Shown in pieces: positions 12,556 through 25,670 of a stretch of 64,000 bases of DNA (the first letter of the stretch is position 1; each line of letters begins with the position of its first letter). The notes beneath the pieces are model-generated. The model was not told where the DNA came from and ran no database searches. It worked only from the letters and a program-made list of their open reading frames with translations. The position numbers and the translations under genes were made by a program. This stretch comes from Octopus sinensis (lineage: Eukaryota), in NCBI RefSeq assembly GCF_006345805.1, contig NC_043001.1:115940001-116004000 (forward strand), written 5' to 3'.

Positions 12556-12851
12556 CTTCCTGAAATTTCAATTGAAAGCGATTCTCCTTCCAAACGATAA
12601 TATCCCTCTTCCTTGCACACATTGTATCCCTCGTACACAGGGTAATCAAATTAATAAAAACCGCTTTAGATATTTCTTTTGCGTTCTATTTTACTGTGCT
12701 TTTATTATTGTCATTTTCCTTGTAACTGTAGGCTTTTTGTTTCGAAACCCATAAAATGGCCATTGGATGGTTTTGTGTTGCTGGAAAGGAACAATCATAT
12801 TCTAATACATATGTATGCAAGTGTAGGCATGGTTGCATATATATATATATG

Positions 12852-12902
<51 letters not shown>

Positions 12903-12906
<4 letters not shown>

Positions 12907-13200
12907 AGGCGCAATGGCCCAATGGTTAGGGCAGCGGACTCGCGGTCGCAGGATCGTGGTTTCGATACCCAGACCGGGCGTTGTGAGTGTTTATTGAGCG
13001 AAAACACCTAAAAGCTCCACGAGGCTCCGGCAGGGGGTGGTGATCCCTGCTGTACTCTTTCACCTCTCTTTCTCCCACTCTTTCTTCTGTTGGCCTGCTC
13101 GCTTAGCCAGCGGGGTGGTGTCATTCGAAGGCTAAAACAATGCGAACGCATTGTGATCAGCGATGTGTAACAACATCTGATGGTCTGGTCGGTCACGTGA
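12903..13200 (+). mobile_element. tRNA-derived SINE, head A with tail T2
   Basis: Head GGAGGCGCAATGGCCCAATGGTTAGGGCAGCGGACTCGCGGTC...GGTTTCGATACCC with A- and B-box-like motifs. The tail GGCCTGCTCGCTTAGCCAGCGGGG... also occurs alone at 16810-16915. Confidence 0.85.
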
Positions 13201-13201
13201 T

Positions 13202-13256
<55 letters not shown>

Positions 13257-13286
13257 TCTATATATATATAAATATATATATATATA

Positions 13287-13720
13287 TGCGTAGTAGTGGG
13301 TGTGTGGTAAGTAGATTGCTTACGAACCACATGGTCCCGGGTTCAGTCCCACTGCGTGGTACCTTGGGCAAGTGTCTTCTACTATAGCCTCGGGCCGACC
13401 AAAGCTTTGTGAGTGGATTTGGTAGACGGAAACTGAAAGAAGCCTGTCGTATATATGTATATGTATATATAACTATGTGTGTGTATGTGTGCATATGCTT
13501 GTATCGGTTTTTGCCCCCCCCCCTCCAACATCGCTTAACAACCGATGCTGGTGTGTTTACGACCCTGTAACTTAGCAGTTCAGCAAAAGAGACCGATAGA
13601 ATAAATACTAGGCTTACAAAGAATAAGTACTGGGGTCGATTTGCTCGACTAAAGGCGGTGCTCCAGCATGGCCACAGTCAAATGACTGAAACAAGTAACA
13701 GAGTAAAAAGAGTAAAGAGT
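13287..13720 (+). mobile_element. SINE family C, full-length copy
   Basis: tRNA-like head (GTGTGGTAAGTAGATTGC...GGGTTCAGTCCC), CORE-like CCTTGGGCAAGTGTCTT, and a tail ending in (AAAAGAGT)-like repeats. Confidence 0.85.
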
Positions 13721-14153
13721 ATATATGAATCTTTAGTCAAATATATTCAATGAGAATATTATATACTGAATATATATTGAGTGCTCTATTGTATCAAAGT
13801 ATTAATACTATTAAAGTATTTATATATTTAATACGAGCGATTATATATATTTTTAAATTATATATTATTATTAATATTAAGAATTCAATTTCAGAAAACT
13901 CCTCAGAAAGATATACACGTGTGAAAAAAAATTGTTGTATTAAAAATATATAAATAAATAAATATAAATATTTATAAAAATGTATGTATATATGTATACG
14001 TATAAATATATAATGTATATGACAGTTTAAAAGTTTTGAATTAAGTATTTAAGGCATCTTACGATCGTTTCACAGAAGTGCTGTCCCTGTAATGAAATCC
14101 TATATTGGATGCGTGTACGTGCACATAGATGCAAATAAATGTTTCTACATACA

Positions 14154-14192
<39 letters not shown>

Positions 14193-14198
<6 letters not shown>

Positions 14199-14869
14199 CA
14201 GCAAAATTGAGGAACGGCCATAATAGGCCGTTCAACCCACTAGAAATAGCAGCTAAGGCTTCAACCGCAAAAAAGTATTAATTCCGTAAACAAGGAGAAA
14301 ATTTAAAAAACATTTACCCTGTTATACTTTATACAATGCATCGTTTCATCTATTTTTTAATGGTAAATCAGCCTGAATTATTATAAATTTTCTGTTTAAT
14401 TCCGAAAATGGAGTCAGCAGCTTATATTTGCTGCCGATAAATTTGGCGCGAGTACGATGATTTGAAAATTTTAGGTCAGATATTGCCGAGACAGCAGTGG
14501 TGCTACCTCGTGTAAATATCTCTCCCGTCTGGCTTACTTTACTGATGAATCTGTTGGCCTATGGAGGATTAGTTTGATTTAATTTAATCAGGCTGATTTA
14601 CCATTAAAAAATAGATGAAACGATGCATTGTATAAAGTATAACAGGGTAAATGTTTTTTAAATTTTTAAATTTTCTCCTTGTTTACGGAATTAATACTTT
14701 TTTGCGGTTGAAGCCTTAGCTGCTATTTCTAGTGGGTTGAACGGCCTATTATGGCCGTTCCTTAATTTTGCTGTTGAATTTATTAATAGTCTTTGACTAT
14801 TTCCTTTTTTCCCACTAGACCGCTGGTGGCAAATAATTTCTGCTGAATTTTTTGCTACCCTATATTGAT

Positions 14870-14875
<6 letters not shown>
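14193..14875 (+). mobile_element. Non-coding foldback element with a hammerhead ribozyme (Penelope-terminus-like)
   Basis: Inverted arms 14193-14380 and 14585-14779, a 3' extension to about 14875, and (TA)n on both sides. No ORF of note. Confidence 0.75.
14535..14639 (+). ncRNA. Type I hammerhead ribozyme with a long stem II
   Basis: Stem I TACTTTA 14535-41 / TAAAGTA 14633-39; CTGATGA 14542-48; stem II ATCTGTT/AATAGAT extended by GGATTAGTTTGATT/AATCAGGCTGATTT; GAAAC 14617-21; stem III ACGA-TGCA-TTGT; GTA 14630-32. Confidence 0.85.
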
Positions 14876-14917
<42 letters not shown>

Positions 14918-14986
14918 AACTTATGTAGGTACATATGAATATAAACTTATATATATGTTACGTATGTATGCAAATGTGGGCTGATT

Positions 14987-15067
<81 letters not shown>

Positions 15068-15201
15068 GTATAAATACATATATATATACACACACATATA
15101 TATATATAAAAGTACATGGAACTGTGTATGTGTACAAACATGCATTTATATATGTGTTTATACATGTAGATGCAGATGTATTAATGTGAGTGTGTATATT
15201 C

Positions 15202-15260
<59 letters not shown>

Positions 15261-16498
15261 GTAGTTTTAAGTGTGTATGTGATTATGAACGAGTATTTTT
15301 ATCTACGTATGTGGGTTTTATGTGCATCTATGACGTGTGTCTCATTTATAAATACAGCAATTATTTTCTATATCAATCCATAGGCTTTACCAAATCCTTC
15401 GCATTTCGTTTGATTTTAAAAACGTTGAACGAATATAAAATCCCTGCTGAGAACATATCAAGAGCCGTGAGTAGATATCTGCCTTCTCTCTCTTTCTCCG
15501 CACACTCACACATGCACACACACACAAGCACTGACCACACGCACACATGCATACACACATTAACGATCACATACACACACACATGCATATTTTATAGAAG
15601 AAAGGCAAAACGTCAATTTAAATAGTGAGTGAGCTCAATCTGTTTAGTAGAAAGTGATATCGATTTTGTTAAATGATAACAGGTATTTTAAAGTTTAGCC
15701 TGATCAGCTTAAACACATAAATACATACATATATAAATAAATGTTAACTTCAAATATACAGATAAGTATTATTTGCGTATTTATTTATTATTTGATTCCC
15801 TACATATTCTGCAGCGTGCTGGAAAAATCGTTTGTACGTCGAGCAAAATGATAAGCGGTAATTCGCCCCTCTTTATATTTTGAGTTCAAATTCTACCGCA
15901 GCCGACTTTGCCTTTCATCCTTTAATCATTTTTACTGCACCTCTGTATGAGTATTTACTCCACTGCCAAGCTTTGTTGAGCTAGTGCGAGTTGTTAGGTT
16001 CATCGACCTAGTATACTCTCGAGGTCAAAACACGGCCTCCACATCAGACAGGGTTGGTAGAGAGGTTATACTGAGACCTTCGTTCTGCAGTGGACTGAAC
16101 ATCGGCAATTTAATGCAATCCATATGATCATAATTTGTATGCATTTAAGTATATATAGACTTTTATACAAACATGTAAATATACTGAGACATGAACATGC
16201 AGTAGACCGTAGTAAAAGAATGCGAATAATTGTATTTGGGTTTCATGAAATTCAGAAAATAAACTCCAATTACTGATAGTAAACTATTGCATAAACTTCT
16301 TTCTAACTTACTGATTTTTTGCTGGGCAATAAAAAGACTGTTCGATCCACTATTTTGTCCTTAAAAGAAGTTCACACAATGAACGACATCATTTATATTT
16401 TCCGTGATATAATTTCCGATTCTGACACTAAATGAAATCCCACTCAAATTATTCACTAATCCTGTCTTTACACACACACGCACACACACATGCGCGCG

Positions 16499-16543
<45 letters not shown>

Positions 16544-16764
16544 GTACATATGTAACCACACACGTACTTTTGTCAATATTCTCCTTCTCTCAACTTTCCT
16601 GTTTTCCTTTCCGACAAAGAGCTATGCTCGGAACGTTAAAAGCCCTCTCTTTTCTTCAACTTTACCGAGCGTCCAGCTAATATATTCCATGCGCATGTCC
16701 TCTTGCTTTGTGTTATTTTTATTTTTAATGTTCTACTCTTCAAATTTTACTATTCGATTTGACT

Positions 16765-16817
<53 letters not shown>

Positions 16818-16933
16818 CCTGTTCGCTTAGCCAGCGGGGTGGTGTCATTCGATGGCTAAGACAATGCGAACGCATTGTGACCAGCGATGTGTAACTACAT
16901 CTGATGGACTGGTCGGAAAGGAAATAGAAAAGG

Positions 16934-17037
<104 letters not shown>

Positions 17038-17060
17038 GTATATATATATGTATATATTAC

Positions 17061-17407
17061 AGATGAGAAAATAATTTTATTCTCAAACTCAGGATAATGT
17101 TAATAATATAGAATGAACAGGATAAAAAGTATCCATATTTTGCAGAAAAATCTGTCGGCGACCAGTCATGAGACTTGAACTCACATCCCTATGATAACGC
17201 GTCTTATAAAGCTAGATTTATATATCCTAAATTTGCAGCAGAATTTGTCATTCGGGCAGCTTAGCTTAATGGTAAAGCACTTGACGCGATATCTCAGGGA
17301 TGTGAGTTTGAGTCTCAAAGTTAGCCGCAAAATATGGATATTTCATCCTGTTCATGTTATATTATTAGCATTATCCTGCGTTTAAGAATAAAATTATTTC
17401 CTTATCT
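17061..17407. mobile_element. Foldback element with two inverted tRNA-like modules
   Basis: TIR-like arms about 17061-17145 and 17325-17407. There is a tRNA-like module on + (17255-17327, TAGCTTAATGGT...GTTTGAGTC) and a partial one on - (17156-17213, GTTCAAGTC). Confidence 0.65.
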
Positions 17408-17761
17408 TTCAATACATCTCAACTCTTTTAAATCAAACTTTGTTTCTTGAATTTAATGTATGCATATATATATACACATCCGGCTTTTGCAGATGGAGCA
17501 TGAGTTTTTAACCGTGACTGGAAAATTCAGAGTTGAATATCATGGGTAAGCAAGAGCTTCTAACACATTTATTCAAATTTATTTGGTTTTGTTCCAAACA
17601 TTCGATTTTATCGCATGTATTATACGTCACCATGATCAACAGTGTTTTACTTGTGACCCACAATATACTAATTCATACCTTCGACGAAATGCTTAAGTGT
17701 TTTATCAATGTTTTATTATACAAAGGACAAACAAACCCATATAAAGATTAAGAGAGAATTG

Positions 17762-17828
<67 letters not shown>

Positions 17829-17856
17829 TATATATATATATACTTACATACCTATA

Positions 17857-17894
<38 letters not shown>

Positions 17895-18241
17895 CACACA
17901 CAGAAGGATAAGATCAATATTTAAATATCGATTTTATCAGGTGGCCAGCATGGGAATAAAAACCATCAAAGGTAACAATTATTTAAAATTATAATATAGG
18001 GTAATAGCAGTCAAATCTTGACTCTAAAGCCACATTAAATGTTCATATAGCACCAGGAGAGAAGACGAAGAGACAAAATAGAATAGCAAAAATTACTGGA
18101 TAATTCCAGATCCCGGATTTCTGACTCTGCATAAGAAATGCTCTGCCTTCATCAGTGGAATATACTCAGAAAAGCAAATAAATACAAATATATACATATA
18201 CAACATACAATATACTTACATATACGAATGTATTTATAATA

Positions 18242-18337
<96 letters not shown>

Positions 18338-18904
18338 CGTGTATATATAAATCAAGGCGGTTATCAGCATTTTAAGACTAACAGGGAAATAATTCGCAGT
18401 CACTAAAGGTGACAAGAGTGCGGTGAGCACCAGCATTATTAGAAATATTAGTCATAGACTCCTTAGCCACAAAAAGACATATGGTCTCTTTGCATTGACA
18501 GGGGGGAGTTTTCCTAAAACTTTTCGTCGAGTCTTGCAACCTTTTACCAGTGATTGTGTTAAATTATAGTCATAGACACCTTAGCCATAAAAAAACACAT
18601 AGTGCATTGGCAGGGGGGGGAGAACATTCTCCACGGTAAGCCAGATGGATTAGATTAGCATGGTTATTTCTTATAGGAAGTTAATACTCATCAGCAATGC
18701 TCACTCCATTACGGCTGGTGGAGGCTAACTCACGCCTCTCAGTATCATTGAGAATGACATAAAAATGAGTGATTGATTTCACAAAATGGCAATGTGAAGA
18801 TTATAAAATAATTAAGGTGGCTAACATGCAATTTAAAACCAACCAGGAAATTACCTATATATATATATATAAAATGTATATAAAAACTTATACACGGAGG
18901 GAAG

Positions 18905-20040
18905 ACCACCATGTGGATTTCTTACATGCTAAAGAGGGCAAGCCACGGTACTGGACGAATATATTCTTAAAACCAACTTTTAGTCACCCGCTTGTAGTTC
19001 TAGCCTTCTTCACTAATTCTGTTCTCAACCATACTGAATGCGGTTATTTTACATATGATGATCCAATCCTAAGCTATATTTGAATATAAAAATAATTGAA
19101 ACAAAACAATTAATCTCTTTAAGTGTTCAAAGTCAACTGCGGCGCAATATCTCCCAAGTTTTGAACAAATTCCAGGCATTGCTCAACATGAATTTGCTTG
19201 ATGAAAGTAAGTATCGTGTTTCTTCATTTTTTTAACACCATTACCGTCATAATTAGCTTCATCAATCACCATACCATCCTCTTCGTCGTTGTCGTCATCA
19301 TCAACCACAATGGATGATATCTTAGGACACCCACGCGTGCACGCAAGCGCACAGACTCTCCCCCTCTCTCTCATACATACAACTATTTATTTACCTTTTC
19401 TCGAATCTTGGATAATTTCAATAAATCAGCATTTTATTTTGCGCTTTTCCGTTTCTTGTCCCTACGGAACGGTTTGTCTAACCGAGGGCAAAAATGTTTT
19501 CTTCTAATTTTGTATAGAAGTAGAAGATGCAGACTCTACTGGGCAGAAAAATTCACACAATTCCTGTACTTTCTTTAATTCAAACAGGAAAATGATTTAA
19601 TGCTGCAAATAATTTTCCTCAGCGGAATTTCATTTCGTACGAAGTGATCATGTTAATTTTTGAATAAGAAACGATAGATACACACGCAGCTTATGCGCTT
19701 TAATTCATCTCTAAGAGATATAAAAGAGGAATAAATCATATCCCATTGCCGAACAATGATATAATTTTGTTCACTCCGTTTCCATTCATTTCATTTTACC
19801 ACTCCCAAATCAATATAAGGTCTATCTATTTCCAGCATAAAAGAGGTTTATGCGCATCCGGTCATTATGTCTAAGTAGTGGTCAATATTGAGGAAATGCA
19901 ACAATAGAGGCCGCGAAACAGACAGTAGCATTTTTACTAGTCAAATCCCGTAACAAATTATATATTGCTCGGGAAAATGTAAAAATATATATACATATAC
20001 ACATACATATTTCGGGATGGTCATGTTATTTATTATTTTT
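18905..20040 (+). repeat. Diverged copy of window segments 1-152 and about 4204-5130
   Basis: Collinear similarity by eye, for example TGGACGAATATATTCTTAA...CTATATTTGAAT and AAGTCAACTGCGGCGCAATATCTCCCAAG...TTGCTCG.GAAAAT. Confidence 0.85.
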
Positions 20041-20084
20041 TAAAAATATAAATGAATAAATATATGTGTGCATATATATATTGT

Positions 20085-20400
20085 GTGCCCAGGGAGAGTA
20101 CACGGGGATCTCTACGTACAACAGTGTTCGGGCAAACAGATCACATTGGCATAATTTGAAGAAAGCTGTCAAAGTAGTTTCTCATGGATTCAGATCTACG
20201 TTTCGAGCATTGTCTTCTGTGAAATATACACGCTGGCCATTTTCAAGATGTACAGATAGATTTTAGGAAAGTGCTCCTACATGTAAACAGGATGTGACCT
20301 TTGTGTTGACAGTGTATTTGTCTCAAAGCAGAACCGTTCTTCCATCAGCGCTTGCCAATTGGCTGAAGTAACATGAAAGGCATCGTCATTCATGGTATAT
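20085..20400 (-). mobile_element. Helitron RepHel coding fragment
   Basis: Minus frame reads VHLENGQRVYFTEDNA...P*ETTLTAFFKLCQCDLFARTLLYVEIP, matching a conserved Helitron block. Confidence 0.8.
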
Positions 20401-20739
20401 TCGTGAATAAGTGGCAAACTGAAATACGATGATCTATTGTTTAGGGAAATATTATTTACTTGTTTAAGGGTTGTACTGGATAGATACCGAAAACAGCTCT
20501 AACAGTTCAAATAGTAAGAAATAAACATATATATGTATATATATACAAATTCATACTATCCGGTAATTAATGTGCTTAAAATTTTATATTTTATGTTTTT
20601 TCATTATGTTTCCAGGTTCAAGTACTGGTAATGGAACAGAGGATAGAACAGCAGAAACAAACTTTTGAGTGAAAATCGAAAAAGAGCCTCCAAGAATCGT
20701 CTTTGATGATATTTTATGCTATAAAACGATATTTTCTGC

Positions 20740-20925
20740 ATATATAATACAAAATAAAATTTTCTCCATATATAATATAAAATAATATTTTCTCCATATA
20801 TAATATGAAATAATATTTTCTTCATATATGATATAAAATTATATTTTCTTCATATATAATATGAAATAATATTTTCTGCATATATAATATAAAATAATAT
20901 TTTCTCCATATATAATATAAAATAT
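20740..20925. repeat. AT-rich minisatellite, unit about 28-29 bp, about 6 copies
   Basis: Repeats of AAATAATATTTTCTCCATATATAATATA with variants. Confidence 0.85.
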
Positions 20926-20964
20926 TCTTTCTTTGTAACGACTCTATAATTATACGTTTCAATA

Positions 20965-21276
20965 GTGAGGGCGCGTGGCTTAGTGGTTAGGGCATTCGGC
21001 TCATGATCGTAATTGTGAGTTCGATTCCACGCGTTGTGTCCTTGAGCAAGACACTTTATTTCACGTTGCTCCAGTCCACTCAGCTGGCAAAATGTTGTAC
21101 TTGTATTTCAAAGGGTCAGCCTTGTCACTCTCTGTGTCACGCTGATTATCCCCGAAACTACGTTAAGGTACTGTGGAATGCTCAGCCATTTGCACGTTAA
21201 TTTCACGAGCAAGCTGTTCCGCTGATCGTATCAGCTGGGACCCTCGTCGTCGTAACGGCGGAGTCTTTTTTTTTTT
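20965..21276 (+). mobile_element. tRNA-derived SINE, head B with tail T1, 12-bp TSD
   Basis: Head GTGAGGGCGCGTGGCTTAGTGGTTAGGG...GTGTCCTTGAGCAAGACAC. TACGTTTCAATA occurs at 20953-64 and 21277-88. Confidence 0.9.
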
Positions 21277-22041
21277 TACGTTTCAATACAACACTATGCA
21301 TGCATGAGACTGTAAATCCACCATGATGTAATTTAAGCAAGTTTCAGGGCCTCACTATGGCTTGAAACAGAAAATATTGCATGATTTGAAATTATATTGA
21401 AATTCTATCTTCTTGCCAATTTAATGTTATCAATGTAAGCTTTAGAATTGTTAAATAAAGGATTAAATCTGATCTGTTGCTACCGTTCGTTTTCTAGATG
21501 AAATACTGTAATACCGCAGACTCAGATCAAATACCACCGGAAGTGGCATTGATTCCATTTGTTATTTTAAACATTCCACTAAAATGTTAAAACTTGCAAA
21601 ATGTATCATGTTGATTAGATTTACGATCATTTATCTAATTAGTATTATCAGGTCATTCAACTGTCATTGTTCAAGTAATCAACATTTCACAAACAGCTAC
21701 ATTCCAATCAAAGCACCGGACGTAGATTCGTCTTCTACACGTTCATGTCTACTTTCACTCCATCAATGTTACACTAACACGAGACTGCGCACGCCTCAAT
21801 GTCTTCATTGAAGTAGTTTCTTAGTTATATTCTCTACATGATATTCAGGCCCATTAGGCCGCAGTCTCTCTCGGTATCCAACATATTCCAACACCTGGGG
21901 ATAGAAGACACCCCACTAAAAGAGATGCCAGTCTGTTGCAAGTTTAACCCTTGGTTGTTGCTGGTATTTCTTCTCAGATGACTGCACTGGAAGTGTTTTT
22001 CTCGTGGACAGAACGCACCGAACCAATAGTCCATGTGTCTA

Positions 22042-22111
<70 letters not shown>

Positions 22112-24499
22112 CGTGCGTGTATGTGTGTGCGTGCGTGCGTGTGTATGTATGTGTGTGCTTTTTAGCCCCTTCTGTTTTCCGGATTATTGGTCGCTCTCTT
22201 GCCAGCCGGAACACCGCTACGCCCTTCTTTTATGCTCTGCTTGTTGCTGTTAAAAGATATGTAGCCGTGTATCGTAACAGCTCTGTCATTTCTACTGCTT
22301 ATTACATGGCCTGTGGTTTTAGAAGTCTTGATACATCGACTGAACTAAGGAATTATTTTTTAGCTTCCTTCTAATTAGATGGTCGCACCATTTCACTCTC
22401 TTCCATCTGACTATTTCAGTTCTGGTTTATTTCATGTAAATAACGTTTCTTATACAAATTACGCCACTCTCATTATATCTGTTTAGTTTTATACACATTT
22501 TAATAACCTCTTACGTATGTGTTTCTAGACCCTGATTAGAGAAACAAAAATGTGCAACCTATCAATGCATCGCTGGCTGATGTCCTACAAGCTCCAGATC
22601 CTGTTTCTTAAATCTCTCAAATGCTATACATGCTAGCGTAACCTGTCTTTTCTAACCTGTGTGTCTAGTGCGACGGATACTACACAACTCTCTGTGACAC
22701 GTTCAACATAAGAACCATTCAGTGTAATTATTTCCTTTGCTTTGTGTAATTAATCTGTATATAATGCTATTCGTTTTCATAGCCCATTTTCCCCATATTT
22801 CGTCTGAGACCATCCAATATTAGGTTTGCTTCCCAACCACATAATTCCGTTTTTTTTTGTCTCAACGTGTGACATGGCACTTTGGGCAATTTTCACCATA
22901 CTGAGAAAAAAGTACTAGGGTCAATTCGTTCGACTAAAACTTATTCCAGGGGCCCTCCACCTCCTCCAGCATGGCTGCAGTCTCATGACTGAAATAAAGG
23001 AAAAAGTTTTAAAATATATATTTCCTCACTTCGTTATTATCTGTGAACACATATTTTCTCTATTCTCCTTTCAGTGAAGAAAACAAATCTGTCTCCATGA
23101 CATTTCTCCTTCACTCAATCTCTATCTCTTTTGCTACTTATCTCTCTCTCTCTCCTCTCTCTTATAGCTTTGCCTCTCCCATTCACTTTCCTCATCAGTT
23201 CATGCTTTTCTCTCTCTCTCATATCACATGTTGCTTCCCTGTGTGTGGAGAATTAATCCAGCAAAGACGTTCAGCATTTTTATAATTGTTTTTCATCTCC
23301 GCTGTTTCGTTTAACATATTTTCTCTCTTCATTGTGAACCACAAACATAATCATTCTTCATTATTTTTCACACCATAACTTACTTCTCCTTGATCTGTTT
23401 CTCTCTGCCTTTCGGTCCTCATATGGCCCCTCCTCCATACCGTTGCCCACAAATTCCATAGGTTCTACAACGATGAGCCCCCAATATACTACAAGCACTA
23501 TGACGAACAACCTGGTTATGAATCTAACTCTGCAGGATCACAATGTTCAAAAACACATCTACAGACATCTACACATCTGTGCCTTACCTCAATATACAAC
23601 ACTTAACCTATATTGGGTGCTTGTCACACGTAGTTGCAGTACTTACAATCTTGTGAAAATATGACATACAACAGACAATTTGTAATACGTCCAGGCTGAC
23701 AAGCAAGCTTTAATACGTGAGTGCACGAAGATGTTGAATTCTATACAAACACAACATATAAATGGAACTAGTAGATTATAAACCGTAATGGTTAGCACAA
23801 GGTTTATCGAAGAATCAAATTCTGGATTAGTTACATTCACATCTTGGCTATGGGCTCCAAGAAGGGAAGTGCTGTTCCCTTGCATATTCCGCTATAATGC
23901 CTAGAAGAATAGTAAAATTCTGACCAATAGCAATATTCTGAACATATGGACGTGATAGATGTGTAGCGAGACCAATTTCTATTATTGTATATTTGGAAAC
24001 ATTAAGTTAGTTTCTGAAAGCTCACCACGCCACTCTGTTGAGATTGGTTAAAATAACTATCATAAAAGTCATTGGACATTTATTGAACCCTGTGTTGTGA
24101 TTAGCTGAGTGTTGCGCGGGCGCTGGATCGAAGGTCCAATAACGTTACGCGTTATATATTTCTGGAGCCTCATTTCTTTTCATAAATTGGTGCCATAAAT
24201 TATTTACGAGTCAGAGAGGTGAGAGTCATTCATCGAGGCGAAGTATGCGGATCCTGCCGTTTTCAGCATTAATTTGCTTACTCCATCTAATTTTTGAGAG
24301 CGGTCGAGTTCACTTTTAGTATTCTCGTTTGTGAGAGCAGTCGAGTTTATTTCAGATATTCTCATTCTAAAAATCATCTCTGGCTCATCGTTGAGAGGAT
24401 GTTGGTATTGTCTCGGCGGAGGTTTGCACCTTTTAAGTGCTCTACTGATTATTGTTATTGTTGTTGCTGCTTCTGCTGCTGATGATGATGATGAGATAC

Positions 24500-25670
24500 A
24501 AGGTAATTCGGTAAACTGAAAATATCATTTCAGTCACCTATTCGATTGATTTATTTACAGAGTAATTCAGTTAACTGAAAGTACCTTTTCAGTTATCCAC
24601 TCGGATGTTTAATTTAAAGAGTTTACAGGTTTATCCGTGATCCATCCTTGCCTCATTCGTTACTGTTGTGGAAGGATTTCGACAACTCCCATATGATTAA
24701 AAGTGAATTGTCACATTTGCTATGAATAAAGAACTGTCGAGTTATCAGCAGTTCGCCGTGAGCCGTGTAACCTCGTACAACAGGAAGCTCGTGCGTTCGT
24801 GTAAATACTTCGTTAAATTATTTATCAAACTTACAAGTATATAGAAGTTACTTATAAAGGAAATATACTTACACCATGCCTCACGTTTTTGACAGTATCC
24901 GCGGAAGGAAGAGACTTGTGGATGACATGAATTACATATTATGAAGCACAGAAACAAAACGCCGATGAATCTAAGACTTACAGGAAATTCGAAATTATGT
25001 CCTGTAAGTCTCGAGTGCACATTAGGATACATGAGGAAGATCATACCATAATTCGGCACATTGGTGAAGATCCTCATTGTTCATGTGCTTCAAAATCCGT
25101 GCATCATATTCAGGTGGGGTTATTCAGTGTTCCGCAAAAAAAAAATCAATAAACTTACACCCCGCTTTTTATCAGCTAAATGAATTACTCCAAAGACTGA
25201 GTTGGAATGTCCGCTTTAAAACAGAATCGGATATGCCTCGCACTAATAAACTTTTAGAGAGATTTCACAACGCCCTACAAATTTCCTTAATTTGTTCACA
25301 TCCGAATATATGGAAATAATTACTGCATTGAAAAGGGAAGAACACTTGGCACAGCTGAGAAAGGTTGAATTTGATCGAGGTGGGATCTGCGAGACCAAAC
25401 AAAAATAAAAGAAAGAATATAAGCAAACGGATAAGTATTGAGCGACATAGTCCCGAAAATAAGATGGATTTTATATGAGCAATAGCTCCTAACCTTCATT
25501 TTTATTGAAACTTTTAGTAATAATTTTAGGTTTTACTCGACCTTTTATTTTATCCTTATTCAACGTTTTATTTTTTCTAATAACGGGAGTGAAATTGACT
25601 GGTAGTCAAATTACCGGAGTCAAAATACCGGGGGTGTAGTTATCAGGATTCAAATTACCTGTCGCCTATT
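24500..25670 (+). mobile_element. Mutator-like (MULE) internal-deletion derivative
   Basis: FLYWCH-like N-terminus (SIRGRKRLVDDMNY...SCKSRVHI...IIRHIGED) joined to a MULE-type C-terminal motif (PRTNKLLERFHNALQISLICSHPNIWK.I.ALKREE). The catalytic core is absent. Weak terminal similarity (AGGTAATT / AATTACCT). Confidence 0.55.

Noticed and set aside
18670-18700. Isolated CTGATGA boxes here and at 10466, 11775 and 48678 as further hammerheads
   Set aside because: No properly paired stem II followed by GAAA and a stem I partner.
22250-22720. Possible very old CR1-like fragment on the minus strand
   Set aside because: Only faint motif resemblance (ERV..., LP...V) with many stops; not supportable without an HMM search.
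23643-23885. Hydrophobic minus-strand ORF resembling a GPCR transmembrane segment
   Set aside because: It is on the opposite strand to the GPCR exons, has no conserved 7TM motif and has no clear splice sites.
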